From an uncultured delta proteobacterium (GTDB taxonomy: Bacteria; Desulfobacterota; Desulfobacteria; Desulfobacterales; Desulfatirhabdiaceae), in the NCBI GenBank assembly GCA_963789395.1, contig CAWBKP010000001.1, positions 1 to 49,590 of the forward strand: a DNA stretch of 49,590 nucleotides, in the 5' to 3' direction. Positions 40,814 to 49,590 of the stretch are shown here, in pieces (the first letter of the stretch is position 1; every line of letters begins with the position of its first letter). The position numbers were made by a program, and so were the translations under genes. The notes beneath the pieces are model-generated. The model was not told the origin of the DNA and did no database searches. It saw nothing but the letters and a program-made list of their open reading frames with translations.

Positions 40814-41242
40814 ATGAAAAACCATTCCATGAAGACAATGCCCGGATTTGTTATCGTCGCAGGTCTGCTCTTTTTTCTTTTCGGTTTTCTACATGCCCCG
40901 TTTTTTCCTGCCTTGACTTCATCTGCAGCGCAAGCGGCGGAAAGCAGCAAGGAAATCCCGTCCAAGGGAATGGTCACCATGGTGGATCTGGGCGCAAAAA
41001 AATGCGTTCCCTGCAAAATGATGGCGCCCATCATGGAAAAAGTGGAAAAAACGTATCAGGGAAGAGCCGTTATTCATTTCTATGATGTCTGGGAAGATCG
41101 GGAACCGGCCACACGGTTCGGCATTAAAGCCATTCCCACCCAGATTTTCTTTGACAGGGATGCCAAGGAAGTTTATCGGCATGTCGGGTTCATGAGCGAA
41201 GAAGACATCGTCAGCCAGCTTGCCAAAATGGGCGTGAACTAA
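40814..41242 (+). CDS. Exported thioredoxin family protein
   Basis: Signal peptide, DLGAKKCVPCKMM, IPTQIFFD. Confidence 0.88.
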   Translation: MKNHSMKTMPGFVIVAGLLFFLFGFLHAPFFPALTSSAAQAAESSKEIPSKGMVTMVDLGAKKCVPCKMMAPIMEKVEKTYQGRAVIHFYDVWEDREPATRFGIKAIPTQIFFDRDAKEVYRHVGFMSEEDIVSQLAKMGVN

Positions 41243-41262
41243 GCCTCATCCCGGGAGACATC

Positions 41263-41967
41263 ATGATCGCATCTTTTTTCCTGACGGTGAACCAGTGGAT
41301 GACGGGCGGCTCGTCCCTGGCCCTTGTGGGATGTTTTATGTGGGGAATGGTCAGCGTGATCTTCAGCCCCTGTCACCTGGCATCCATTCCGCTGATGGTC
41401 GCCTATGTCGGTGGCCAGGAAAAACAGCCCCGACCCCTTCAGGCCATACAATACGCGATTGCATTCACCATCGGACTTTTTATCAGCATTGCCGCAACCG
41501 GCATCGTTTGCGCGCTTTTGGGCCGGATGCTCGGCGACGTTGGCAATTACTGGCAGATAATTGTGGGGATGGTGCTGGTCTGGGTCAGCCTCGGCATGTT
41601 CGGGGTCAAGGGATGCTCTCTTAACGGCGGGTTTCTCTACCGCCTGAAATTCAAAGGGATTTTGGGCGCGCTTGGCCTGGGTGCTGCCTACGGCACGCTT
41701 TCCGGCTCCTGCACCTTCGGCTTTATCGCACCGATTCTGGCTGTGATTACCGTTCAAGACCAGGTTGCCGGCGGGGTCGTGATGATCCTGCTGTTTGCCG
41801 TGGGGCACTGCATTCCCATTGTTATCGCCGGAAGTTCGACGGCACTGGTGCGCCGCATTCTGGAAAACAGCGCCTGGCAGGGTGCCGGAAACTGGTTCCG
41901 GAAAGGCGCCGGCGCCCTGATCGGCTTTCTGGGGCTATATTTTATCCTGACGCCGCTGGTTTCTTAA
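41263..41967 (+). CDS. ccdA: CcdA/DsbD-like transmembrane disulfide transfer protein
   Basis: About 6 TM; FSPCHLASIP and GSCTFGFIAP Cys pair. Confidence 0.82.
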   Translation: MIASFFLTVNQWMTGGSSLALVGCFMWGMVSVIFSPCHLASIPLMVAYVGGQEKQPRPLQAIQYAIAFTIGLFISIAATGIVCALLGRMLGDVGNYWQIIVGMVLVWVSLGMFGVKGCSLNGGFLYRLKFKGILGALGLGAAYGTLSGSCTFGFIAPILAVITVQDQVAGGVVMILLFAVGHCIPIVIAGSSTALVRRILENSAWQGAGNWFRKGAGALIGFLGLYFILTPLVS

Positions 41968-42036
41968 GACAACCGGATGAATAGAAACAAGGGTTAACGG
42001 CACTGCCAATCACCATATTTCCAACGGTCAGATTAC

Positions 42037-42810
42037 CTATTCAGGAAAAGCCGCTGCGATCAGCTTAATCTCGGTTTCATGGTCCAATTCTCCGGTTTCA
42101 GGCAGGCCGAATCGCTCTTGGAACTGCATCAATGCCGAACGCGTCCGACGCCCCCTGATGCCGTCGATAGGCCCGGGATCATATCCAAGATACAGCAACG
42201 CAGCCTGTGCAGCCCGGAGCCCCAAATCCGGAAGAATGGTCTTGAACTTGGCATGGGCGGCAGCTAACCGCGTGTCATAATCGTTTTTCTTGAATTCAGG
42301 ACCATTATAACCCCGTGCAAAGGCGACCCAATTTCTTCGCTGAAGGGCTCCGGCCTGGTTATTCCCCTTGATAAAATTCGCCATGGCCAGCAGCTGTGCG
42401 TTCTCATCCTTTACCATATCCTCGACCATGATATCCAGGGCGGTAAAGCCGGCCACTTTGTAATTGAACCCCATGACCTGCCCGATGCCCCATGAAGCGC
42501 TTTGGAGCGCTGATACCCGATCAAGCATCATCGCTTTTTCCAACCGTGCGTACTCGCCTGAACCGCCGACATAACCGCCCGCTTTTTCATTGCTGATATC
42601 CGCGTTTCCGGTGTCGTGCCTCCCATTTGTAAGCCTGTGGAAAATATGACGCTCAAATAAAATCAGGGGACGTCGATCCTGAAGAAATCCAAACCCCCGT
42701 GTTTCAACCGTCAACACTGCCCACACTTCCGGGTCGGCAATACCCAGTATATTGCATACCTGGTCCATACCTTCATCGCTCAACGGACGACCTTGACTTT
42801 GAAAATTCAT
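42037..42810 (-). CDS. N-acetylmuramidase (DUF3380-like) with C-terminal peptidoglycan-binding domain
   Basis: AVLTVETRG, ILFERHIF, SASWGIGQVMGFNY, FARGYNGP...YD; PGPIDGIRGRRTRSALMQFQ...GL..TG. Confidence 0.88.
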   Translation of the reverse strand: MNFQSQGRPLSDEGMDQVCNILGIADPEVWAVLTVETRGFGFLQDRRPLILFERHIFHRLTNGRHDTGNADISNEKAGGYVGGSGEYARLEKAMMLDRVSALQSASWGIGQVMGFNYKVAGFTALDIMVEDMVKDENAQLLAMANFIKGNNQAGALQRRNWVAFARGYNGPEFKKNDYDTRLAAAHAKFKTILPDLGLRAAQAALLYLGYDPGPIDGIRGRRTRSALMQFQERFGLPETGELDHETEIKLIAAAFPE

Positions 42811-43310
42811 GGTGACCTCCTATGTGTTTCATGGTTCAACGACAGCAGGATTATTGATGGGAAGCACTCATTTTGACGAATTCATCAAGTTTGGAGAATG
42901 GATATTTTTTTCTATAAAATAGTTCAGTTGCAGTCAATAATAAATTTTTCCGTTTGTAAATCCATATTCTGCTTATGGGTTGAGCGGGCCTCTTGTTTGA
43001 GGAATCCGGTGCGCATCCACTTTATATAAATGGAAGGGCTGACAGGCAAATATATTATTGTTGACTAAATATTCCGAAATTCATACAAAAAAGAATAAGA
43101 TATAATCTTATGAATGACGATCCGATACGGTATGTTGCCGGAACCACAAACAGGATTTTCTAAAGCGCATTATTGATGCTGTCATGCCTCATGCCATTGT
43201 TTCACGAATCTTCTCTTCAGCTGCATCGCTCACTTTGAATTGCGGGAAAAATTCAAATAATTATTGCAATGTCTTTCTTAATTTAATCGGAACAAAAGAA
43301 AGGAGGGCAT

Positions 43311-45085
43311 ATGAAAAAAACGATCATGGAAGCATTCAAAGAAACCGCTGACAAATTTGGAGACAGGGTGGCGCTGAAGTTCAAAACAGGTGGCCAATGG
43401 AAAGAAACAACGCTGGAAAGACTATTATAAACAGGTCAGGATAACAGCGCGCGCATTTATGGCGCTGGGACTTGAAAAAGGCAAGGCGGTCAGCATCCTT
43501 GGAAACAATTGCCCCCAGTGGTTTATCAGCGATCTTGCCGGAGTATTCGCCGGCGCGGTTCCAGGGGGCATATACACGACCAACAGTCCTGATCAATGCC
43601 AATATATCGCTTCCCACAGCGACGCCAATATCGCGGTGGTTGAAAATGCAGACCAACTGGCAAAATTTAAAAAAATTAAAGATCGGTTGCCTGAATTGAA
43701 AGCCATTGTCCTGATGAACGGATCTGATCCGGATGAATGGTCTATGCCTGGAACGAATTGCCGAAACTTGCGGAAAAAGTTTCGGAGAAAGAGCTTGAAG
43801 AAAGAATCAAGGCCCAGAAACCGGATGACTGCTGCACGCTGATTTATACTTCCGGAACCACCGGCAATCCAAAAGGAGTCATGATCACCCATGACAATAT
43901 CACCTGGACAGCCCAGCAAGTAATCAATATGATCAATGGGAATCATGAGGATCAGATCATCAGCTATCTGCCGTTAAGCCATATTGCCGAGCAGGTCGTC
44001 AGTCTTCATGTTCCGTATCTTATGGGATGCACGGTCTGGTTTGCGGAAAGCCTTGATAAACTGGGAGAAAATCTGGCTGAAGTACATCCGACCCTTTTTG
44101 TCGGTGTTCCCCGGGTATGGGAGAAGATTCAAGCAAAGATGATGGCGGCCGGCGCTCAAAATCCGCCATTGAAGAAAAAAATCGCCGCATGGGCCCGCAA
44201 ACAGGGACTTGCCGGCGGCTATGCCGAGCAGGAAGGAAAACCAAAACCATTTCTTTTACGGTCTGGCCAACAAACTGGTTTTTTCAAAGGTAAGAGAAAA
44301 ATTGGGATTTGACCGTTGCAGATTATTCATTTCAACTGCGGCGCCGATTTCCATGGACACGCTTGAATTCTTTCTGAGCCTGGGGATTCCTTTGACGGAA
44401 GTTTACGGAATGAGCGAATGCACAGGCCCGGGGACCGTGTCCCTGCCGGAACCATTTAAATACCGAACCGGGTGGGCCGGACCGGCCGTTACCGGCACAG
44501 ACCATAAAAATAGCCGAAGACGGAGAGGTTTTGATGAAAGGCCGGCATGTATTTAAAGGCTATTTTAAAAACGATGCGGCAACTGCCGAAACTATTGATC
44601 AGGACGGATGGCTGCATTCAGGCGATGTCGGGAAAATTGATGAGAAAGGGTTCTTGAAAATTACGGATCGGAAAAAGGAATTGATTATTACTGCGGGCGG
44701 CGAAAACATTCCCCCTCAGTTCCTGGAAGCAAAACTCAAATCAATTCCTGCAGTCGCCAATGTGGTTGTCATCGGAGATCGGCGGAAATTATATGACCGC
44801 CTTATTCACACTGATCCGGAAAAGATCAACCAGGAGATTCAGAATGCGGGCAGTCCGGCCAAAAACATGGCGGAAGCTGCCAAATGTCCGAAATTCAAAG
44901 CCTATTTTCAGAAAAAACTCGATGAGGTAAATGCTACGTTTGCAAGGGTTCAGACCATAAAAAAATTCACCATCCTGCCCGATGAATTCAGTGTTGAAGG
45001 GGATGAATTAACCCCGACCATGAAGCTCAAGCGCAGAATCATCAATACAAAATATGCCAAAGAGATCGAGAATATGTATCAATAA
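43311..45085 (+). CDS. fadD: Long-chain fatty acid-CoA ligase (AMP-binding), multiple frameshifts
   Basis: IYTSGTTGNPKGVMITH, YLPLSHIAE, VPRVWEK, YGMSE, GWLHSGDVG, ITDRKKELIITAGGEN, TPTMKLKR; frame changes near 43411, 43737, 44252 and 44502, plus a compensating pair at about 44790/44812. Confidence 0.85.
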
Positions 45086-45122
45086 TTTTTATACAGGATG
45101 CTGAACAGAGAAAGGAAGCGAC

Positions 45123-45732
45123 GTGTCAATAGAGATAAAAATATTCTCCGATTATATCTGACCCTTCTGCTACATCGGCAAGGGCATTGTCGACAAACTG
45201 AAGGAGAGATACGATATCCACGAAACCTGGATCAGCTATGAACTCCACCCGGAAACGCCTGCCCGAGGGGTGCTGCTGTCTGAAAGATTCAAGGGCTATG
45301 ATATTTCCCAGATGTACGATCATCTGCGCCGGCGCGGCAAAGAGTTTGGAATTGTTTTCGGGAATCATTCCGTTCTTTCAAATTCCCGGCTTTCTCTGGA
45401 GGCAAGCGAATATGCCCGTGATATGGGCAGACATGACCAGTTTCACGAGAAAATATTCCACGCATATTTCACCGAAACCATAGATATTGGAGACGCCGGA
45501 AAACTTTGTGATGTTGCCGCCGCGTGCGGCCTTGATGCGTATCGATATGATGCGGGCGCTGGAGGATCACCGGTACGCATCGCGATTGGATGAAGCAAAA
45601 AAAGAAGGTCTGAAGATCCAGCTGACGGGAGTGCCGACGTATATTATCGATACCAAACACAAAATTGTCGGGGCTCAGCCATTAGAAGTATTTGCAGAAC
45701 TTCTGGACAAGATAACAAAATCTCATTACTGA
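45123..45732 (+). CDS. DsbA/FrnE-family thiol oxidoreductase, probable selenoprotein (UxxC); one frameshift near 45540
   Basis: GTG start, [13 protein letters not shown](45159)-PFCYIG, ELHPETP, FHAYF, GVPTY...GAQP; RBS AAGGA. Confidence 0.82.
45163..45204 (+). promoter_or_regulatory. Candidate bacterial SECIS hairpin directly 3' of the in-frame UGA
   Basis: Lower stem CCTTC/GAAGG; upper stem TCGGCAA/TTGTCGA with a G-starting apical loop GGGCA. Confidence 0.6.
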
Positions 45733-46493
45733 TTACGCCCGGCCATAACCCCGCCGTCCACATTCCAAATCGCACCCGTAACCCAACTGGCTTGGTCCGA
45801 GAGCAGAAACATGATCACCGATGCCACGTCCTTAGGTTGTCCGATCCGGCCAATCGGGTGAAAACCATTGAAGGCTTGCAGTGCTTCGTGAATTTCGTCG
45901 GGCTTGATGAAAGCGCCGTAGATCGGCGTCTCCACCACGGCGGGAGCCACGCCGTTGACGCGTATGCCGTACTCCGCCAGTTCCATCGCCAGATGCTGCG
46001 TAAAGGAGTGCAGGCCGGCCTTGGCCATGGAGTAAGCTGATGAGGGTGTGGCCTTAATTGCCTGATGGGCCCACATGGAGCCGATATTGACCACTGCCCC
46101 GCCGCCGCTTGCCGCCATGTTCTTTGCCACCTGCTGGGTCACAAAGAAAGTGCCTCTGTTAAGATTCATGTAGGCGTCATAGTCCTGGCCCGAGTGCTCC
46201 AAAAAGGGCTTGGGGGAGAAAATGCCCGCAGCGTTGACAAGGAATTTCACGTCCTTCATATTATCGCGCACATGACGGACCAATCTGTCCACTTCTTCCT
46301 TTCTCCCGAGATCGCACGAAAAAATGTTCACCTTGTCAGGCGTATCGAACGTTTCACGAACTTTCTCCAGTTTTTCCTTTCGTCGGCCGACCAGCGTCAC
46401 CGACGCACCTGCCTGGACGATCAACCCGGCCGCCTCCAGTCCCATCCCGCTGCTGCCGCCAACGATTAGCGCTTGCTTGCCTGAAAAGCTCAT
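45726..46493 (-). CDS. Short-chain dehydrogenase/reductase
   Basis: [23 protein letters not shown] (YxxxK), [13 protein letters not shown]. Confidence 0.92.
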   Translation of the reverse strand: MSFSGKQALIVGGSSGMGLEAAGLIVQAGASVTLVGRRKEKLEKVRETFDTPDKVNIFSCDLGRKEEVDRLVRHVRDNMKDVKFLVNAAGIFSPKPFLEHSGQDYDAYMNLNRGTFFVTQQVAKNMAASGGGAVVNIGSMWAHQAIKATPSSAYSMAKAGLHSFTQHLAMELAEYGIRVNGVAPAVVETPIYGAFIKPDEIHEALQAFNGFHPIGRIGQPKDVASVIMFLLSDQASWVTGAIWNVDGGVMAGRNQ

Positions 46494-46556
46494 GTTTGCC
46501 TCCTTCTTTTGTGAATCACTCAAATTTTATTTTGCCGCAACCCCGTTCAAGAAAGC

Positions 46557-47468
46557 TTATTTATCTGCGATCCGTTTGTGCAGTTCCGCGATAAGTTGTT
46601 GCGCACCGGAAATGTCCTTTACCCGGACGGCGCCATAGATGAATCGGCCTGCCTGCTCAACCACTACATTTCCATACATCGGATCACGTGCATTCATGGA
46701 AATCCGATGCTGCATCCGGACAATCTTCACGTTCCTATCCGATGTTTTCAGATATCGGCCATACTGATCAAAGACCTTTCGGGCCATGGCCGTGGAATTT
46801 TCACGAACAAGAAAGACCTGTACCGTTTCATCATTCAGAACGGCATCCGCCATAATCCCTTTACGAAAGAAGTCATACCCCAGAAGGCTTTGGGCGAAAT
46901 AACGCACACTTTTTGGCGCGATGGCCGCAATATTGAACGCCTCAAGTTCCCTGGGCCTGCCTGTGTTTTGCGGCAGTTTTTCGGAGATGGCCCGGGCGCA
47001 TGCCAGGAATGTGTCGGCTCCGGGATTCTCTGTTCCGCTTGCCTGAAGCCTAACAAAATACCTGTCCTGATAAAAAAGAAGCTGAGATGAAGAGGCTACG
47101 GCTTCCGCACCGACATCGACATCCGCATCATCTTTTCTTCGGTAATTGGCAAACATTCCAAAGGCATCCAGCAGCGATCCCATCTTATAGATATCGGCAT
47201 CAAAAGCTGCCTGCGGATTTTGTTTGTTCACATATCTGGCAAAGGCAAGCACCTCAAAACCATACGGGAAATAAAGCTCTGATTCGCCGTTGATATGATC
47301 AAAAAGCGTATCCTTGTCAAAAAGGGCTACCTGGCCATCCATTGGCCAGCCATCGGCACATGCGGGAGCAGGCAGCGCTTTGGCGATATCGGTTTCAGCC
47401 GCGCTGACCGCAAACGGCATATAGAGCAACCACAGGATCATCAGGGGGATTCTGCAAGTAATCGGCAT
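46557..47468 (-). CDS. Exported hypothetical protein (DUF6599-like)
   Basis: Signal peptide; LFDHINGESELYFPYGF, DIYKMGSLLDAFGMF; start placed at MPITCR. Confidence 0.7.
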   Translation of the reverse strand: MPITCRIPLMILWLLYMPFAVSAAETDIAKALPAPACADGWPMDGQVALFDKDTLFDHINGESELYFPYGFEVLAFARYVNKQNPQAAFDADIYKMGSLLDAFGMFANYRRKDDADVDVGAEAVASSSQLLFYQDRYFVRLQASGTENPGADTFLACARAISEKLPQNTGRPRELEAFNIAAIAPKSVRYFAQSLLGYDFFRKGIMADAVLNDETVQVFLVRENSTAMARKVFDQYGRYLKTSDRNVKIVRMQHRISMNARDPMYGNVVVEQAGRFIYGAVRVKDISGAQQLIAELHKRIADK

Positions 47469-47488
47469 GGCAGCCTCCCGGAAAACCA

Positions 47489-48668
47489 TTAACACAGCAA
47501 TTCTCCGGCTCTTTCCATTTTTGCCCTGATGTTGAGCCCGTTGACGCAGCGTGCAACGCACTGCAAACAGTCAATACACGCCAGGGCCGAAGCGTGTGCA
47601 GGAATCTCACGGTACGTGGACAGCGCCAGTTGGCGGTTTCTGTAACCTTCCGCATACATCAGGGAACGGTTGATTTTGCTGATGTTTACACCCATCGGGA
47701 CAGGTCCCTTCGCATTTTCCGCACAAATGGCAGTAATAGGACTTGACGGCTGCATTATAACGCTGCAGGATGCGTTCGTCCGCCAGTTTAAAGGGCATTC
47801 CCATTACGGCGATATCTTCCTTTAGCTGAGACAAATCTTTCATGCCCGGAATGGCGGCAGAGATATTCGGATTCCGGAGAACCCATTTGAGTGCTGCCTG
47901 GTGGGGGCTGATCTTTCCCAGGGCTTCGGCAGCATATCCGCCTGCCTGAGTCTTCATTGCAATGATACCGATATTGGCCTTGGCAGCCCGATCTATCGCG
48001 GCAATAATATCATTGTCGCTTTTAAAGTTGACGGCCACAAGCGCCGTATCAAAAAATCGGTCAGGATCATCCACCAGGGCATTAAGCACTTCAGCCTGAT
48101 TTTTGTGCGTGGTAACACCGCAAAAACGCACCTTGCCCTGCTCTTTTAATGTCATGAGCGCTTCCCGCGTCTCCGGTATGAACACCCTTTCCTTATCGCT
48201 GAGACTGTGGAGTTGGATTACATCGATATAGTCGGTTTCAAGTGTCTTGAGGCTTGTCTCCACATCCCGGATGATGTCCGCTTTTGACACCGAAGAGGGT
48301 TGCGTCTTCGTCGCCACGAAAATCTTGTCGCGCCTGCCTTTCAATGCCGCAGAGACGATTTCCTCGTTCTTTCCTCCCATGTATCTTCTGGCTGTGTCCA
48401 CATAATTGAGGCCGTGATCAAAGGCAACTTTTATGACTTCCGGCTCCGGCGTCAGCATGGCTCCAAAGCCTACAACAGTGATTTTTAGCCCGGTCCGGCC
48501 TAAGGTTCGGTAAACAGGCGCTGGAAAGGCGAATGGTTCTTCCGCGGAATAGTATTCAACTGCTTTGGCAAGTGCATTTGTCCCGAGGAAGGCGGATGTC
48601 GTCCCCATCACACCGACCTTCAGAAACTCTCTTCTATTCAATCCAGCGAATTTCTTTCCTTTGACCAT
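47489..48668 (-). CDS. Tat-signal aldo/keto reductase with C-terminal 4Fe-4S dicluster; one frameshift near 47696
   Basis: LNRREFLK, YRTLGRTGL, YVDTARRY, IFVATK, IDVIQLH, IIAMK; CHLCGKCEGTCP, then CIDCLQCVARC in the next frame. Confidence 0.87.
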
Positions 48669-48688
48669 GGCACCCCCCTTGATCTCAT

Positions 48689-49168
48689 CTACAGATCGAT
48701 ATTCAGCCAATTTTTACATATGTGACAGTATACTTCAGAAAGATAAACAATACCGATAGCCTTGGTGTCTTCCACAACGGGCAGTCTGCGGCATTTATCT
48801 TTCACCATCCGGTCAACGATCTCCATAATATCCGTATCCGGTGATACATACTTGACTGGAGAATTCATTACCTGCTCAACGGTCATCCCTTTAAATCGTT
48901 TTACATAGGACTCAAGCTCCTGAATGCCGATATTGACACTGTCCCCCAGATAATTCAAAATCGGCGGTCTTAAATGGTAAAGGATATCAAACATCGAAAC
49001 AACCCCCACCAGTTCGCCAAAATCATTTGTAACCATGGTACAGACCGTTTTATATCCGGTTTCTCTGACCTCGCCATTGTATATCAGTCTGACAGCCTCT
49101 GTTACGGATGCATTGTGCTGAATCGTGCTGAATTCGGTAACCATGACATCTCTTGCAGTCCGTTTCAT
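48689..49168 (-). CDS. CBS-domain pair protein
   Basis: ARDVM...LVGVVSMFDIL; VEQVMNSPV...RRLPVV...IGIV. Confidence 0.85.
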   Translation of the reverse strand: MKRTARDVMVTEFSTIQHNASVTEAVRLIYNGEVRETGYKTVCTMVTNDFGELVGVVSMFDILYHLRPPILNYLGDSVNIGIQELESYVKRFKGMTVEQVMNSPVKYVSPDTDIMEIVDRMVKDKCRRLPVVEDTKAIGIVYLSEVYCHICKNWLNIDL

Positions 49169-49507
49169 AGATCAATCCTTATCCTATTTGTGATTAATTT
49201 TGGGTTCCACGAACTTCACTGACCCCGTTGAATCGTTTTATTTGGGTGCGGCAAATAACCTGGATGAGGCGGTTGTGGTCGGTAAAAGGCTTTTGAAACA
49301 GTATGATCTTTAGCAAAGTATTTTTTTTTGTTCAACATCTCTTTACCAGGGCATAATGCTTTTACGACCATCAAGCAAACAGATAAAACCACATTGCGGA
49401 TAACCCACAGATACGATATGCAACCGTTGGTGCTGGAAATGCGTGTATTGGGATTTTATGGGAAGGAAGTGTAATCTCTTTGTGATACAGATTACCCCAA
49501 AAGATCA

Positions 49508-49539
49508 AAAGGGGATATGACTTTCGTCATAACCCCTTT
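49508..49539 (-). terminator. Intrinsic terminator downstream of tRNA-Val
   Basis: AAAGGGG-A-TATGAC-TTTC-GTCATA-A-CCCCTTT hairpin just 3' of the tRNA CCA end. Confidence 0.75.
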
Positions 49540-49546
49540 AATTTTT

Positions 49547-49590
49547 TGGTAGGCACGATTGGGTTTGAACCAACGACCCCTACCGTGTCA
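49547..49590 (-). tRNA. tRNA-Val(GAC), 3' part (5' part outside the window)
   Basis: Reverse complement TGACACGGTAGGGGTCGTTGGTTCAAACCCAATCGTGCCTACCA: anticodon GAC, T-loop GGTTCAAA, encoded CCA. Confidence 0.88.

Noticed and set aside
43311..45085. Programmed frameshifting or phase variation in fadD and other split genes
   Set aside because: No consistent slippery sites or long homopolymers; the scattered pattern fits sequencing indels.
42811..49590. tRNA-anchored integrative element or prophage
   Set aside because: No integrase, no phage structural genes, and no duplicated tRNA 3' end (att site) seen in the window.

Overview
Chromosomal window from an anaerobic Desulfobacterota-like bacterium (inferred from gene content). 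In order it contains: a TRAP transporter (dctQMP); a sigma54-preceded, secreted 9-haem cytochrome c with Ig-like N-terminal domains; an unannotated 49-aa Cys-rich microprotein with its own promoter, RBS and terminator; a housekeeping block (MFS, ArgA-like GNAT, rarA, der, threonine ammonia-lyase); a MacAB-like ABC exporter; groES/groEL; a Cdd1-like remnant; and three tandem universal stress proteins. A ~16 kb sulfur/redox locus (21947-38054) follows. It holds two paralogous Psr/Phs-type molybdoenzymes without Tat signals or a membrane anchor, each linked to an NAD(P)-binding flavoprotein, plus a TauE transporter and a sigma54 regulatory set with no kinase. The rest is an arsR-arsP-arsC-thioredoxin-ccdA operon, an orphan muramidase, fadD, a probable DsbA/FrnE selenoprotein (in-frame UGA plus SECIS-like hairpin), an SDR, a Tat-signal aldo/keto reductase cluster, a CBS protein and the 3' part of tRNA-Val(GAC). 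Many genes carry single-base frameshifts that look like long-read assembly errors. No CRISPR array, integrase or transposase was seen. All family calls come from motif recognition, not database searches.
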